From Halocafeteria seosinensis (lineage: Eukaryota), in the NCBI GenBank assembly GCA_001687465.1, contig LVLI01000862.1, positions 1-62,369 of the forward strand: 62,369 bases of DNA. Reading direction: 5' to 3'. The notes beneath the pieces were generated by a model. The model searched no databases. It was given only the letters and a program-made list of their open reading frames with translations, and had not been told where the DNA came from. A program made the translations under genes and the position numbers. Every line of letters starts with the position of its first letter. The first letter of the stretch is position 1. Shown in pieces: positions 14,379-26,559 of the stretch.

Positions 14379-15372
14379 TCTGTAGCTTCCCGAATGAGTA
14401 TGGCGACTTCTTCGTCGTCGATTTCGAGCAACAACAAAAAAAAACTTCACAAAAGACGTCGTGTCGTGCCCCTGTACTGTTTATGCCAGAAGTGCGGCTA
14501 AAGATGCGAATGAATGGGAGGAATGGACCTGATCTATCAAACTCTCTGAAGCATGTGTTGTACACGTAGACGTGAGACTGAGACAATGTGGCCAAAGCCT
14601 TTGAAATTCAAAGTTTGAACCAGAGTCCGGGAAATGATTGTTCGAATCATCCGACACGACTTCAAACTTTTAAAGTTTTCACGCATCAACGTTAAAGTAT
14701 AGCTGTCTAGTAAGAGTTCTCATTCACATATGATGCTAGACGCCAGATTCAGTCTACTAGGCAACAGTTTTTGGGGTTCACTACCGACGAGGCTTGCTGT
14801 TATTCACGTCAGCGAGCATACTGCGGACAGCTCTACAAGTCGGTAGTGGTACTACTTCGGGTAATTCAAGAAATGTAGATCCTATTTTAACAAGAGGGAG
14901 CGCTACTTATTGTAAAAATGGCAGATGGCTACAAGCCGCACGGTGCATTCCACTCTAGTGAACGTCACATTGTGCGCTCATTCCGCGCTCGTTCCGCTCT
15001 TTCGCTTTGACGATGAGTTGCCAGACAGAAACATCAGGTAGTCGTGGTGCAAGGACCAATTGTGCGTGTCCGGAAACGCTACGATTCTCTACTGACCTCT
15101 ACCATTGTAGGTAACGCTGCAGGGTGATCCCCAAGTTTGTTTCACCGATCAGCAGCGGCCTCGGTTCTCAGCGACGGCACTTAAATGCCAGCTTTTGGTA
15201 CGTATGTGGCAAAAGCCTTTATAACTGTCTCCGCAAATCAGTCAAACCAGTAGGTAGTATTCATCGCTATAGCGATCCCGTGTAACAGGTGCCAGTCAAT
15301 CCATGATGTATGCTGGTGCTACGCGTGCTAAGTCGGCTCCCGATGCAATGAATGATAAGATAGGCGCTTATC

Positions 15373-15747
15373 CTATACCCGGTCGGCTTGTGCCGCTGCG
15401 ATGAAAATGGCGACCAGGAGCCAGAGAGCGAATGTAATGCACCATCCTTTGAGGAAGGACTTCATGCTTCGTTGCGCAAAGAACAATCCAAAGAGTCCGA
15501 GTACCGCAAGCAGTCCACAGCATAGCCCAAAGCAAAACTTGCTCGGTGGTGGACGCAGCACTGGATCATTCAGTGTGTCATCGAGTTCCATGTGAGATGC
15601 TATGTTGGGGTGCTTGGTATCAATGTACACTTCTCGATCCTCGGCATAGGCCCCTCCTCCGGTCGCTTGCTCATCATGCTCCTTGTGCGTATACTGTTGC
15701 TCCTGCTCCTGTCGGCTTGCGGTGCCTGTTTCGCTACTGTCTTGCAT
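15373..15747 (-). CDS. Small hypothetical membrane protein
   Basis: ATG 15747 (MQDSSETG). Acidic N-terminus, then two hydrophobic helices (FGLCCGLLAVLGLFGLFF; GWCITFALWLLVAIFIAAA). Confidence 0.6.
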   Translation of the reverse strand: MQDSSETGTASRQEQEQQYTHKEHDEQATGGGAYAEDREVYIDTKHPNIASHMELDDTLNDPVLRPPPSKFCFGLCCGLLAVLGLFGLFFAQRSMKSFLKGWCITFALWLLVAIFIAAAQADRV

Positions 15748-15931
15748 GTTCCCAGCTTGTTGTACGGACGCACTTCGTTGACAAAGAAAAAAAAAAGGTG
15801 GTAACACAACAATCCCGATCCGATTCCATTGAATGTTCCAGGAGGAGTACAAACGCCATCGCTTTTTCCTAGTGTTGTAGTTGTCTCCTCCTATTTTTTT
15901 TCTATTATTATTATATATTTTTGGGTCCAAT

Positions 15932-17281
15932 ATGGGGACGGCTCAGTCGCGCAGTTTATACGGGTACTACGCCTTGTACCAATGGTCACGCTGTCCACGA
16001 TGGCTCAAAGCTACACTGCTNCTGTTTCTGCTCAAATCCTGCAAGGATCTCCTCGCACGTGTTCGGCAAAAGTCTCTCGAGGGGAAGGTCGTTCTCATCA
16101 CGGGCGCAGGGAGTGGGATTGGACGTCTCCTGTCCCTGAAAATGGCACGACTGGGCGCGAAATTGGCGCTAGTCGACCTGAATTTCGATAGTGTGGAGCA
16201 AACCGCCGTTGAAGCACGGCACTTTGGAGCCACGGCGCGGGTAAGCTCCCTTGCATGCGACTACAGAGGGATGGAAGCACCCCGTACACACATTAATGTG
16301 TCCTGCCGCAGGCGTACCAACTGGATGTGACAGACAGACAGAGAGTTTACAATATGGCGGACACCATCCAACAGGAGGTCGGACCAGTAGGTAAGTGCGG
16401 CCATTAACTACAGGTTGCAACGCGCTTTTGTGCGGTAGAAAAAAAGAAGATGAGATTGATTTGAATGATGATTGACAGATATACTGGTGAACAACGCTGG
16501 AATCGTATCGGGCAAGCGCCTGCTCGAGAATACTGACGAATCGATATCCAAAACATTCGATGTAAACACTATAAGCATGTTCTGGACAGTCAGAGCTTTC
16601 CTACCGCAAATGTTGGAAAGAAATTCGGGGCATTTAGTCACAATTTCGAGCGCTAGCGCCTATACCGGAGTTGTGGGGTTGGCTGATTACGCTGCCAGCA
16701 AGTGGGGAGGTGCGCCATTGCCTATGTAATACATCTACTTCGTGTGCTTTTATGCCTTGTTTTGTCCGCAGCATTCGGTTTTCATGAATCCATGCGCCTA
16801 GAACTGAAGAAATTAGGAAAAACGGGTGTAAATACTACATGCGTTTGTCCCTTCTACATCAACACCGGGATGTTTGAGGTGCGTTCTCCTGAGCAAAAGA
16901 TCTATTTTTTGTTTCCTTTTCACTTTACAGAGGCATATGTCTCGCAGGGTGTCCAAACACGTTTTTCATGGATCCTGCCAATATTGGAGCCGGATTATGT
17001 GGCAAGTCAGACACTGAGGGCGATTCAGCAAGATCAAGAAGTTTTGTGTATGCCAGTAATCGTCTACCTTGTTCCACTGTTACGCGGGCTCCTGCCAACG
17101 TCACTATTCGATTTCGGGCTTGATGTGCTGGGAGTAAGTTTGTTTCATACAAGATATAGGTATGCTCAGTATCGAGCTTCACTTTTCTTCACTGCAGGTT
17201 TGTAATAGCATGGATAACTTTGTTGGGAGGACTCCAGCAAACTCTCAAGGAGCTGTATCGCCGCCTCGACAGGATGAGTAG
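15932..17281 (+). CDS. Short-chain dehydrogenase/reductase, SDR16C (RDH10/RDHE2/HSD17B11-like)
   Basis: VLITGAGSGIG, DILVNNAG, catalytic YAASK, CPFYINTGMF, ILEPDYVA. N-terminal hydrophobic anchor. Five GT-AG introns. One ambiguous base (N) at 16021. Confidence 0.92.
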
Positions 17282-17460
17282 GCCGGCTACAACTACTACG
17301 TGGAATAGTTGCCTCGTTGCAAAAGAAAACGAATAGCAAGTCGGCACATAAACTAAGAAGGGTATCTGTTTGAAAGAGCACAGAACTCAAGGAAGTTCAA
17401 ACTTTTTGTGGTGACATGAATAAACTGCAACTGGCCTATTTGTTAATTGTGCTACCATCT

Positions 17461-19174
17461 CTATCGGTTTTCAATTTCGATGTTTTCCTCCGAGGCAGAA
17501 GCTGACTCTACGTCGTCTTCTTTATCTATGTCATGTCTCTTGAGAGCTACGATATAGGGATATAGTGGATATAATAGCACCAGCGTGGTGGTGAATCCAA
17601 CAGTGCCGGCCAAAGCGAAGGGGAGATTATATGATCCTGTGGCCACGAATATCCATCCGGCAATGGGTGGGCCTATCGACACCGATAACGCCTGGAACCC
17701 ATACATGAACCCCATCGCCATCGGTAAGTCTTTCGGACCTACTGTATCCGCCGTAACCTGCATGCGAGGGAGACTCAAGTGGTGCGACTTGGCAAATTTG
17801 CAACTCTTTCACAGAACAATACGTACCACGGGCATGGTGGCAATGAAAGATCCAGCAAAGAACCCAAATATAAATGTAACAATGTTTAAACTAATAACGT
17901 CGCGCGAAGCTGGCATTAACGCCGTGCTTCCGGTAGTAAAGAGCAATCCCAATATAAACGTATAAACCCTCACTCTGAGAGAGATGTTAGTCACTGCCCC
18001 AACTCCCAATCGACCAAGAGTAGAAGCGATCCCCAATATAGAAATGACAAGAGCCGCTTGCTGAGATTGAAAGTTAAGCTCTGTACTCGCATATCGCTCT
18101 AAATGAACCATGGGCACAAAATAGGGCCCTCCCATAATGCTGGCCAGAATCACAAGCCGTCTTAAAGGAGGATTACTTAGGAGACGTAAAATCTCCTCTT
18201 TTCGTGTCTCCTTCCGATCGTATCCGTTATGGCCTGAGGATGCCACCTCCTCTTTGGAAGAAGCTTCCTTAGCTTCAACAGACTTACAATTTTCCTCCTT
18301 CTCCTCACCTTCTTCCTCGCAGGTCAGTGGGTTCTCTTCACTACCGTCGTCGGTAGCAGAGGTATCCTTCTCCGGAATGTTACTCGAACCGTACAAAGAC
18401 GCCGGAGGTTTCTGGAACAACAATGCATTGCAGCTTATGCCCACGATAGCCACGACTGCTAAAATACGCAACGTCGGACGCCAACCAAATTCCTGTATAA
18501 GAGCCTCTGTCACTGGTGCATATACAAACGTTCCCACACCACTCCCGGAAGCTGCTATTCCAGTGGCAAAGGAACGATTAGCTACAAAGTGCTGTTGAAT
18601 GATAATGACGGAACTAACAAAGGAGAGAGCGTATCCAATTCCCACCATAAGTCCATAACTGAGATACAAGTGCCACAACGCGGTTGTGTAGGTGCTGAGT
18701 ACCAGTCCTAGCGCTACTATTAGTCCTCCTACGAATGCGACTCCCCTGCAGCCATATTTCTTTGCCAGCGGCCCTGTTACCACACCTCCTCCCAGCATCA
18801 ATGCTGTGGAAACCGATCCAACCCATGCAGTCGACCCTTCATCTGTTCCCAAGTCATCAACTAGCGCTGAGAAGAGAACGCCGAAGCTGCAGTTTCACCA
18901 ACAGTCCAAATGAAGCCATCACCACGTCCAACGCTGCTAATTTAACAAACACGTACCTATATTGAGATCCTAATACCACGAAATGAACCATAAACGATCC
19001 GAAAACAATCGACCATCTCGAGAGGCGCTCGCACCAGGTCAGGGAATCATCGTCGGAATTTGTCGCTCGCTCCTGCTTTTCTTCTGTATCGCTTTTCCCA
19101 CTGGAAAGAGCGCCATCAGTGCTCTCCTTCCTCGTGTCATCCTTCCCGATGGACGTTGTGGTCTGGTCAGTCAT
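17461..19174 (-). CDS. MFS monocarboxylate transporter (SLC16/MCT family)
   Basis: WSIVFGSFMVHFVVLG, YSFGV after splicing, TAWVGS, KYGCR, RSFATGIAASGSGVG, FGWRPTLR, GPPIAGW. Two introns; about 12 TM helices. Confidence 0.92.
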
Positions 19175-20245
19175 TATGGCGTCTATAACGCTGTTTTTAC
19201 TGTAAATGTGAAGGTTCCCACGCAATCCACTGCAATGACTGCTGCTGCGGTCAAAGAAGTAAACTATGGGACATGAAATATATGCGCAGTGTATCGGATA
19301 CTGTAAAACATCCTTGAACTATAGTGAACTCATGAATGGCATCGATGCAACACCGCTAAAGACGAGTGGATGAACAGACACACAGGCACCGTAACCGGGG
19401 TCTTGGTCCACTTACAGTACGTTCTTATCCATGCAAGAGCCACCGGTACAATAAAAAGCAAAGATCGTCTGATCAACTAAACCTATCAAAAATGAGACGT
19501 TCGTAACTACGCATTGGCATCTACACTGTGATAGAATTCCCAGCGGAGTCCTGAGCGGACGCAACTTCAAGTTCGGTCGGAAATTTGACTCATAAATTGT
19601 GGGACCGAGACTTTGAGAATTACGACTGGGGAATGTCTGGCTAGTAGCTACACGGTGGATTTTTGTCTACCGATAATCGGCGAAATCATCCAAAACGGAA
19701 CTGCAGACACTGGAGTCAGAGTTCATGCGGCTCCTGGCAACACTACGGGTTGTACATACATATGCATACCACAGTGTACCCACACGCAGTCGGTAAAACT
19801 TCCGTCCATTTTAGGTCTCTGATAATTATTTCATACTAGCGGGCCTGCTAGAACCCTGCATCTCCTGAATCGTGGTCTCCTGTCTACACCCTGCATTGCC
19901 GTAACACTACATTGTACTGTACCGTACGGTCACATGAATAACTCGACGTCCCTAGCACCCACAGAACTCAGCAGAACTCAAGTAGATAAATCGACGGGGA
20001 AATAAAACTTCTTTCCACGTGACGGCAATCATTCATATTTTGAAACTTGAATTCAGAACTTTAGCTACCTCTTCTAGTGGGTAGCCCCCAATCAATCCGC
20101 TGCCCTTCTTGGTGTGGTCAATCCGCACTTTGACTTCGAGTCTCTGAAGATACTACCAGGGGTTGTAGCGGTGAGTTGTTTACTACTGTATACATCTAAT
20201 GCCTTGTTGTGTTTATGTTTGTATTTCGCAATCATTCACGATACG

Positions 20246-21238
20246 ATGGCTTCCTCAAATGATCCCGTGGACCATGCAATGACGCTAATGCGTCGTATGC
20301 CGCCACAGAATGTGGACGATAACCTGGAGAATTTGGTTACATTGGTCCCTGAGGAGGAAGAAGAGCTCCTCCAGCGCATTGACCAGCCTTTACGTCTGGG
20401 GACCGACGCCAAGTCCCAGCGTCAATTCGTCATGTGCGATTATAATCGAGATGGGGACTCGTATCGCTCCCCATGGACGAATCAGTACTTCCCTGAGTTG
20501 GACCCAGAGGACCGCGAGTTGGCCTACCGGCCGCCGGAAAACCTCAGGCAGCTCGAAATCGCATTCAATGACGTCTATGACGCCTATCGTGAACTGTAAG
20601 GGTCTGGATGAGACACTAGTCGTGCTTGTGTGCACGTGGATATTCGTGGCTTTGTTGCTTGCGCATGCAGATACTTCCCCGGCAACAGCATCTCATCCGT
20701 GTATTTATGGGACCAAGAAGATGGATTTGCAGGCTGCTTTTTGATCAAAAAGGGTGCGTATTCTTCTACAACCGTCTATTGCATACATGACTATGTTGAC
20801 ACGTGTGCGAGTACAGATACATCCGAAAAGGGGGGAGCGAAATACGTCGACACGGGGACGTGGGATTCCATCCATGTAATTGATGTGCAAGATTCAGCCA
20901 AGGAGAAAGGCAAGAAGGATATTACATTAACGAGTACGGTATTGTTCCGCATGACTGTGGACGACAATCAAGTTGGAAATACGGATTTCGGTGGGAATCT
21001 GATGAGGCAAGCCATGAAGACTGCCCGAGGAGACGATAATGATATGCTCATTGAAGCCATTGGCAAGATGATTGAAGCTATGGAAGGGACTATGCGAGAA
21101 AATCTTCAGGAGCTATACCTGGCGAAAACTCGAGAAGTAATGAATAAAGTCAGATCCCTGGAGAGGAACCCGAATACCTCCGATGACATGGTTGCAGCCT
21201 TGACGAAAAAGTTAGCCAATCGAACCACAGTGTCGTAG
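20246..21238 (+). CDS. CAPZB: F-actin capping protein subunit beta
   Basis: LMRRMPP, ELLQRIDQPL, CDYNRDGDSYRSPWTNQYFP, SSVYLWD, FAGCFLIKK, WDSIHV, IGKMIE.ME. Introns 20596-20670 and 20754-20816. Confidence 0.97.
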
Positions 21239-21633
21239 GAACGATTGAAATATACGTGTGGTAATTGCAGCATCCATGCTCATAAGTAATTTCGTGACGT
21301 CACTGACGTACACGCGAAATCCATGGAAATCTTCTTAGGTGCGGTTTTGGGTACGCTTACTAAACGCTTGGGCACGTTCTTTCTCGCCAACTCCCGCTGC
21401 TACGAGACTCACGGATCACTAACCCCAGGTCGGGGATGAACATGCTAGCCATTCGTACTACAGTATCGTCGAAACGACTAGAATATAACATACTTACGGT
21501 ATGTCCGGTAGTTTTAGCATCCGTGCTCACAAGCGATTTTGCGAGATTCACTCGACATCTGAAGTGCGTTTATCAGTAGCAAGCTTCTGGCAGTCTATCC
21601 ACAAGCGGAGACTCTCCATGCTGCCAGATTGCT

Positions 21634-24586
21634 TCAACTACTTCTTGGTGTTTCGTCTTCCTTCGGCTTCTGCTTTTTTCTTTCTTGCCATTCTTGATCT
21701 TCTTCGGCGTCCCATTCCCATTGCAGCGCTCCATCCTGATCACCCGTGGGGGATCGCCTCTCGGGCTTTGCCGTCCTACCTTGCTCTTCCAAAGAAATCG
21801 CCTCCTCCCATGTAATACCGGAGAAATGATCATCCTCTGGATCTATAGAGTTAAGAACACTTTCGATTTCCTGCTCGCTGAATTGGTGGATATTATCCAG
21901 AGTAATTCCCGCCTCAGTAAATGCTGCTGGTAATTCCATCTTTTCTCCTTGGGACATTACATGCTCCATGTAAGGAAGCTCGTCCTCCAGTTGCGTTGGT
22001 GATGGTGGATCGACATTCGCTAATTTACCAGCTAAAATGCGGGCACTTTCTCGATTCGCATTACACTCAGAATTGCTACTAGTTGTGTGAGACGTTTCAG
22101 CTTCGAGTGCATCAAGCAACTCCGTGGTATGCTCCGAGCTATTCGGACGGTTGAGAGACTGAAGTAGCTGGTTGAACGTTTCTGAACTCAGTCCGAGCTC
22201 CTTCTTTGCCCGACGACGAAGAATATCCATAACTTCTTGTGAGGCCGAGTCCCATGCTTCATGTTGCTTTTGCTCTGGGACACCAGTAGCCTTCAGTATC
22301 CTACTTAGTTTGCTGCACTACAGATTAAGAACCTTTATAACGAGGTTATACACGGGAACTATCTCCCCACGTACCTCAGGTCCGGCTGGTTCAAATCAAT
22401 TCCAATGTCTGCCGCAAATCGGCGCATATTTGCTTCAGTGTTATCATCTAGGTCCATGTCAGCTTTCCCTAGCATTGATTGATATCGCTCTCGTAGACTT
22501 TCAGACTGGTCTAGTGTCTCTTTCAGTCTTTTGATATCCTCCTCTTCGGCTAGCGGGGCATCAGCTTGACCAGTTTTATCAATGGTGTCGTCAATGATGC
22601 TATCTAGTACTCCACTGTCCTTGCCATTGCTACCATTGCTACCGTTGTTTGTACTGAAGAATCGCTTGCCACTTGAAGCTTGGTTCATGAACTCAGAAGA
22701 GGTATCATTGCGTCCAGTAACTATATTCCGACTGCGATTTGCGTCGTCAGACGACTCAAACTCCGACACAAACCTTATCTTTGCTTCCTGAACATCCTGT
22801 CTTAGCTGGTTGACCAAGTCGTCCTCCTCTTCAGACCATGTTTCAACGGAGACATTAAACGGCCCGTTCGCGTGATCGTCGTTATCGACATTTGCAGAAC
22901 GAGTCCGTGAGTGGACCGCTGTCAGCCCGATTTCCTCCACGCTGACCGGCTGGTCATCGTGTGTAGACGAAGCAGTCTTCTCCATGCACCGGAGATGAGC
23001 AGATCTTGCTCGAGAGTTATGTCGTACCTCAGCCCTGCGGGGCCGGAGGTACGAGGTAGTTTCCACTTGAGATGATCCAATCGTATTACCTCCCGCAACG
23101 TTCACGGTTAACTCCTTCCAATAATTCCCCTCAAGGTTCTGGAATTTTAGCAGCTCACAACAAACGTAAGAAAACGGAATATGAAGCGACTAATACATCC
23201 AAAACACAACTTACGAGCACACGAAACAAGTTTCGAACAAAAGCATCTTCGTGGGGACTAAACGACATGCAAACCAATCTTCCCCCTTCAGCAAGAAGAC
23301 GCGGGCATTTAGACAAGGCTTGTACTATATGGTATTCTTCGTCGTTCACGGCGAGTCGCAGAGCTTGGAATACCTTCTGAACTGTGAGTGGGTGTCTTGG
23401 CTTTGCTTTCACAAGTTGTGATAATGCCCTCTCTCGTTTAACTTTACTATTCCAATGAGACGCTTTCTCGATAAATAAGCTATCACTCGAATTAGCGGTG
23501 AACTGCTGCTTTCTCGACAATGCCCGTGTCTTTTTCGCTTGTCTTGATAATACCTGGTCCAATGCGCGCTCGATTACGAAGCGCAGTTCAAGTGTAGACC
23601 TGATTTTCCTTCGTTTGCTGCCTTTGCCCCTCCAGCGAACAATGGCTGCCGCTATTTCCTCAGCAAAATCGTCTATCTCCCCTCTGTGTAAAACAGCACG
23701 AAAGTCAAGGAACGTAAGCAACCCTGAAGCTATCCCATTGCTTCCACGTATATTAACACGAACCTCTCTCTTAGCAAGTCACGCAAACTGTTGTAATCAA
23801 TACGGTAGAGGAGATCCTGCGCTGGGGGTATTTCGTTCTTGGCAACACTCTGCAGGCACTCATGCAAATTCATGAACGATAGTGATACGGCAAAAGGGAA
23901 AAAACACCTGCCCGCACACATACTAAATTGTAGCGCATATCTAGCGTGCTATCACGTCGATAACTAAATCCACGGTCAGCAGAGTCTATATGAGAGGAGT
24001 TAAGTCCAAAGTCAAAGAAAACCCCATCCATTTTCCTGGAAGGGAAGTCCGTCGCTTCAATGGCTCGTTCAATGTTAGCAAAGCTCCCATTGTAAAAATA
24101 GACACGTTGAATCGCTTCTTCGTCTTCTTGGCTTTGTGCAATGTACCTTCGTGCTTGGGCGAGTGCTTGCGGATCTCGTTCAATACAGAGCACGACCGCG
24201 TTAGGGTACAATCGTAACAGCATCTCCGTGTGTCCACCATGCCCCGCCGTGGCATCGACGAAATACAGATACTCCCCACGTTCTTTGGACGCCTCTGCCC
24301 TTTCTGTGTTGACCCATAGCTGTAACACTTCCTCAGGCATGACGGGGACATGCTGCTTATCCTGAGACCGGGTTTGCACAACCTTCGCGACGATGCTCGC
24401 TTCCGCCTTGCCGCCTAGAGCGTATACGGCGTCCGTGGACATCATACCTCGTCCAGATAGTGTGCATAGCACATCATCGGTACCACGTAGACCATACCAC
24501 CAGGAAGCAGCATTGCTCCTGCTGGCCAGGACCACCGGATATACACCTCTACTCCTCTTCCACGGCGCTGTCACGAATCGCCTCAT
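21634..24586 (-). CDS. METTL15: Mitochondrial 12S/16S rRNA m4C methyltransferase RsmH/METTL15 with a long C-terminal extension
   Basis: HVPVM.EEV, VDATAGHGGH, DFGLNSSHID..RGFSY, LDMR, VFQALRLAVNDE, GGRLVCMSF. Intron 23139-23214 links to RPRRAEVRHNSRARSAHLR, the RsmH terminal motif. The frame continues through intron 22301-22374 to the stop at 21634. The N-terminus resembles a mitochondrial presequence. Confidence 0.88.
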
Positions 24587-25140
24587 TGTTCATTCAATGG
24601 TGCCCAATATACTCGACAAAACACGTGAATATGCAGATTTGCCGTGGTATGTAACCTGCAGGGTTGTCTTGTGAAGATGGCTTTTTCCGGTCATTACCCA
24701 ACCATTATACGGTAATTTATACCCGCTATGCAGCCTCAATTTTTTTACTCTTTTTATTTTTCCAGTATTCTAGGCGCTGTATAGGTGTCTACTCATTCAT
24801 CCCTCCTTTTGAAAACAGTAAAATAAAGAAGGCTTTGGACGGCATGGGGTCATGCGCTTCGGAGCATGTAGGTATAGTTACACCGTGTGCAAATACACAC
24901 AGAGCTAGCTACGTCGACAATGTGCGCCCCGACGAACACCTAGGGTATATCTTATCGGAGGTGTGAAAAATAGAGGCAGAAAGTGTGGCTTGTTGTTTGC
25001 TTGGAGTTCCTTGTGAAGATGGCTTTCGATGAGGGTATTATTCACTGCCGTATACACCACCGTCACTTTCAGTATTGTGTAGGGTTCCCATAGTTATGTG
25101 GTTCCTCCATCGCTCCTATCGAGAAAATAAACACAAAAAA

Positions 25141-26491
25141 ATGTTTCGGATGCGATGCATGCCACGCATGGCGATGGCGTTCACGGGGAGGAAGTCTCAC
25201 TTTTTCATGCCTCCTATAAGGCAGAGCAGTTCCTCCATCATGACGGAGCTTCTCGATGATGTAAGTACTAGCTACCACTATCGTCGTATAGTGTAGTAGA
25301 AAAGAGTGGCCACTGGACTGCAGACTCGACTTCGACGCAGCGCACTCTTCGTACCAGGAGATAAACAACGTGGGTTGGACAAGATATCGTCTCTCCCCAC
25401 AGATGCAGTGATTCTAGATCTAGAGGACTCTGTCGCCCCCTCGGCGAAAGAAGATGCTCGGAAAGCGGTACGTGGAAGCGATAATACACCAAGAAATTGA
25501 CACACGCACGAGCAAGTGGAAACGATGCAGTTGCACAAGTATTTGACGCAAAGCAATGCACAATTTGGAAGCAAGGAGATCGTTGTTCGAGTCAACCCTT
25601 TGAATACAGAGTAAGTCTCAACCACCTGAAGGAAGCAATCTTTGACACAGACGAAGGCTTCTCGTCTCTGCAGATGGGGCCGGGGAGACATAGCCAAACT
25701 GGCTGATGTGCGCGGTATATCGGCTCTCGTTTTACCCAAAACGGAAACAATAGAAGATGTGCAAGAAATGTGGAAATGTATGGAGCGAGCTGGAGCGCCG
25801 CACAACGTGAAGATCTGGTGTGTTATAGAAACGGCTCGTGGTGTAGTCAATGTCGATGAAATAGCAGAGACCGGAGCTCGAAGGTACAACGTCTCATGTC
25901 TCGTTGTGGGAACAAATGATTTAAACAAGTCGCTTGGTGCCGAGGAGACAGAAGATAGGATGCCGCTTTTGCATAGCCTATCTCGCGTAGTATTAGCTGC
26001 TAGAGCAAACGGGTTGGTGTGTCTAGATGGTGTCCACAACAACGTCCGGGATTTGGAAGGGTTTGAGTGGACTGCTCGACAAGTGAGTGCGCTCTTGCAT
26101 TAAGTGCTTATGAATTAAGGTCCAAGAGAGCAGGTGGCATGATTATTTGTGCTAATTGCTTCTTCCTTGCTCAGGCAAAACAGCTCGGGTACGACGGGAA
26201 AACACTCATTCATCCATCAACAATAGAAAAGTGCAACGAAGTTTTTTCTCCTAGTCAAGAAGAGGTAGAGCGCGCTCTAAAGATTGTCCAAGCTTATGAT
26301 AGCGCTTCCGCAGAAGGTTTGTTGCTCTTTTTCGTTTGTTATATGCTGTCACTGAATACATGTAACTTCCTTCTTTCTCGGACACAGGTGCTGGTGTCGT
26401 TGAAGTCGATGGAAATCTCATCGAAGAGCTCCATGCCGACAACGCCCGTGCTGTTGTTGCAAAAGCGAAACAACTTGGAATGGCTCAATGA
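25141..26491 (+). CDS. citE: CitE/HpcH-family CoA-ester lyase/thioesterase (citrate lyase beta / malyl-CoA lyase-like), probably mitochondrial
   Basis: RRSALFVPG, ILDLEDSVAP..KEDAR, VRVNPL, LVLPK, IETARG, GTNDL, LAARA.GL..LDGV, GYDGKTLIHP, IEELH. Arg/Met-rich N-terminal presequence. Five introns. Confidence 0.9.
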
Positions 26492-26559
26492 ATACGCCAA
26501 CCGCCTGGCGTATAGACGTAGAAAAGGGACACTGGCTATGCCATCTCTGGGGTATGGAG

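Noticed and set aside
14600..15370. Long intergenic region as a possible ncRNA or tRNA locus
   Set aside because: No cloverleaf, A/B boxes or convincing C/D boxes seen; an Infernal search would be needed.
16021..16021. X in the SDR translation as recoding
   Set aside because: An ambiguous base N at a third codon position (CTN = Leu).
21295..21304. GTGACGTCAC CRE-like palindrome
   Set aside because: It lies between convergent 3' ends and a palindrome this short is expected by chance.
22359..23105. Independent gene, as in the ORF track
   Set aside because: It contains the RsmH terminal motif and splices in frame to the upstream exon, so it is part of METTL15.
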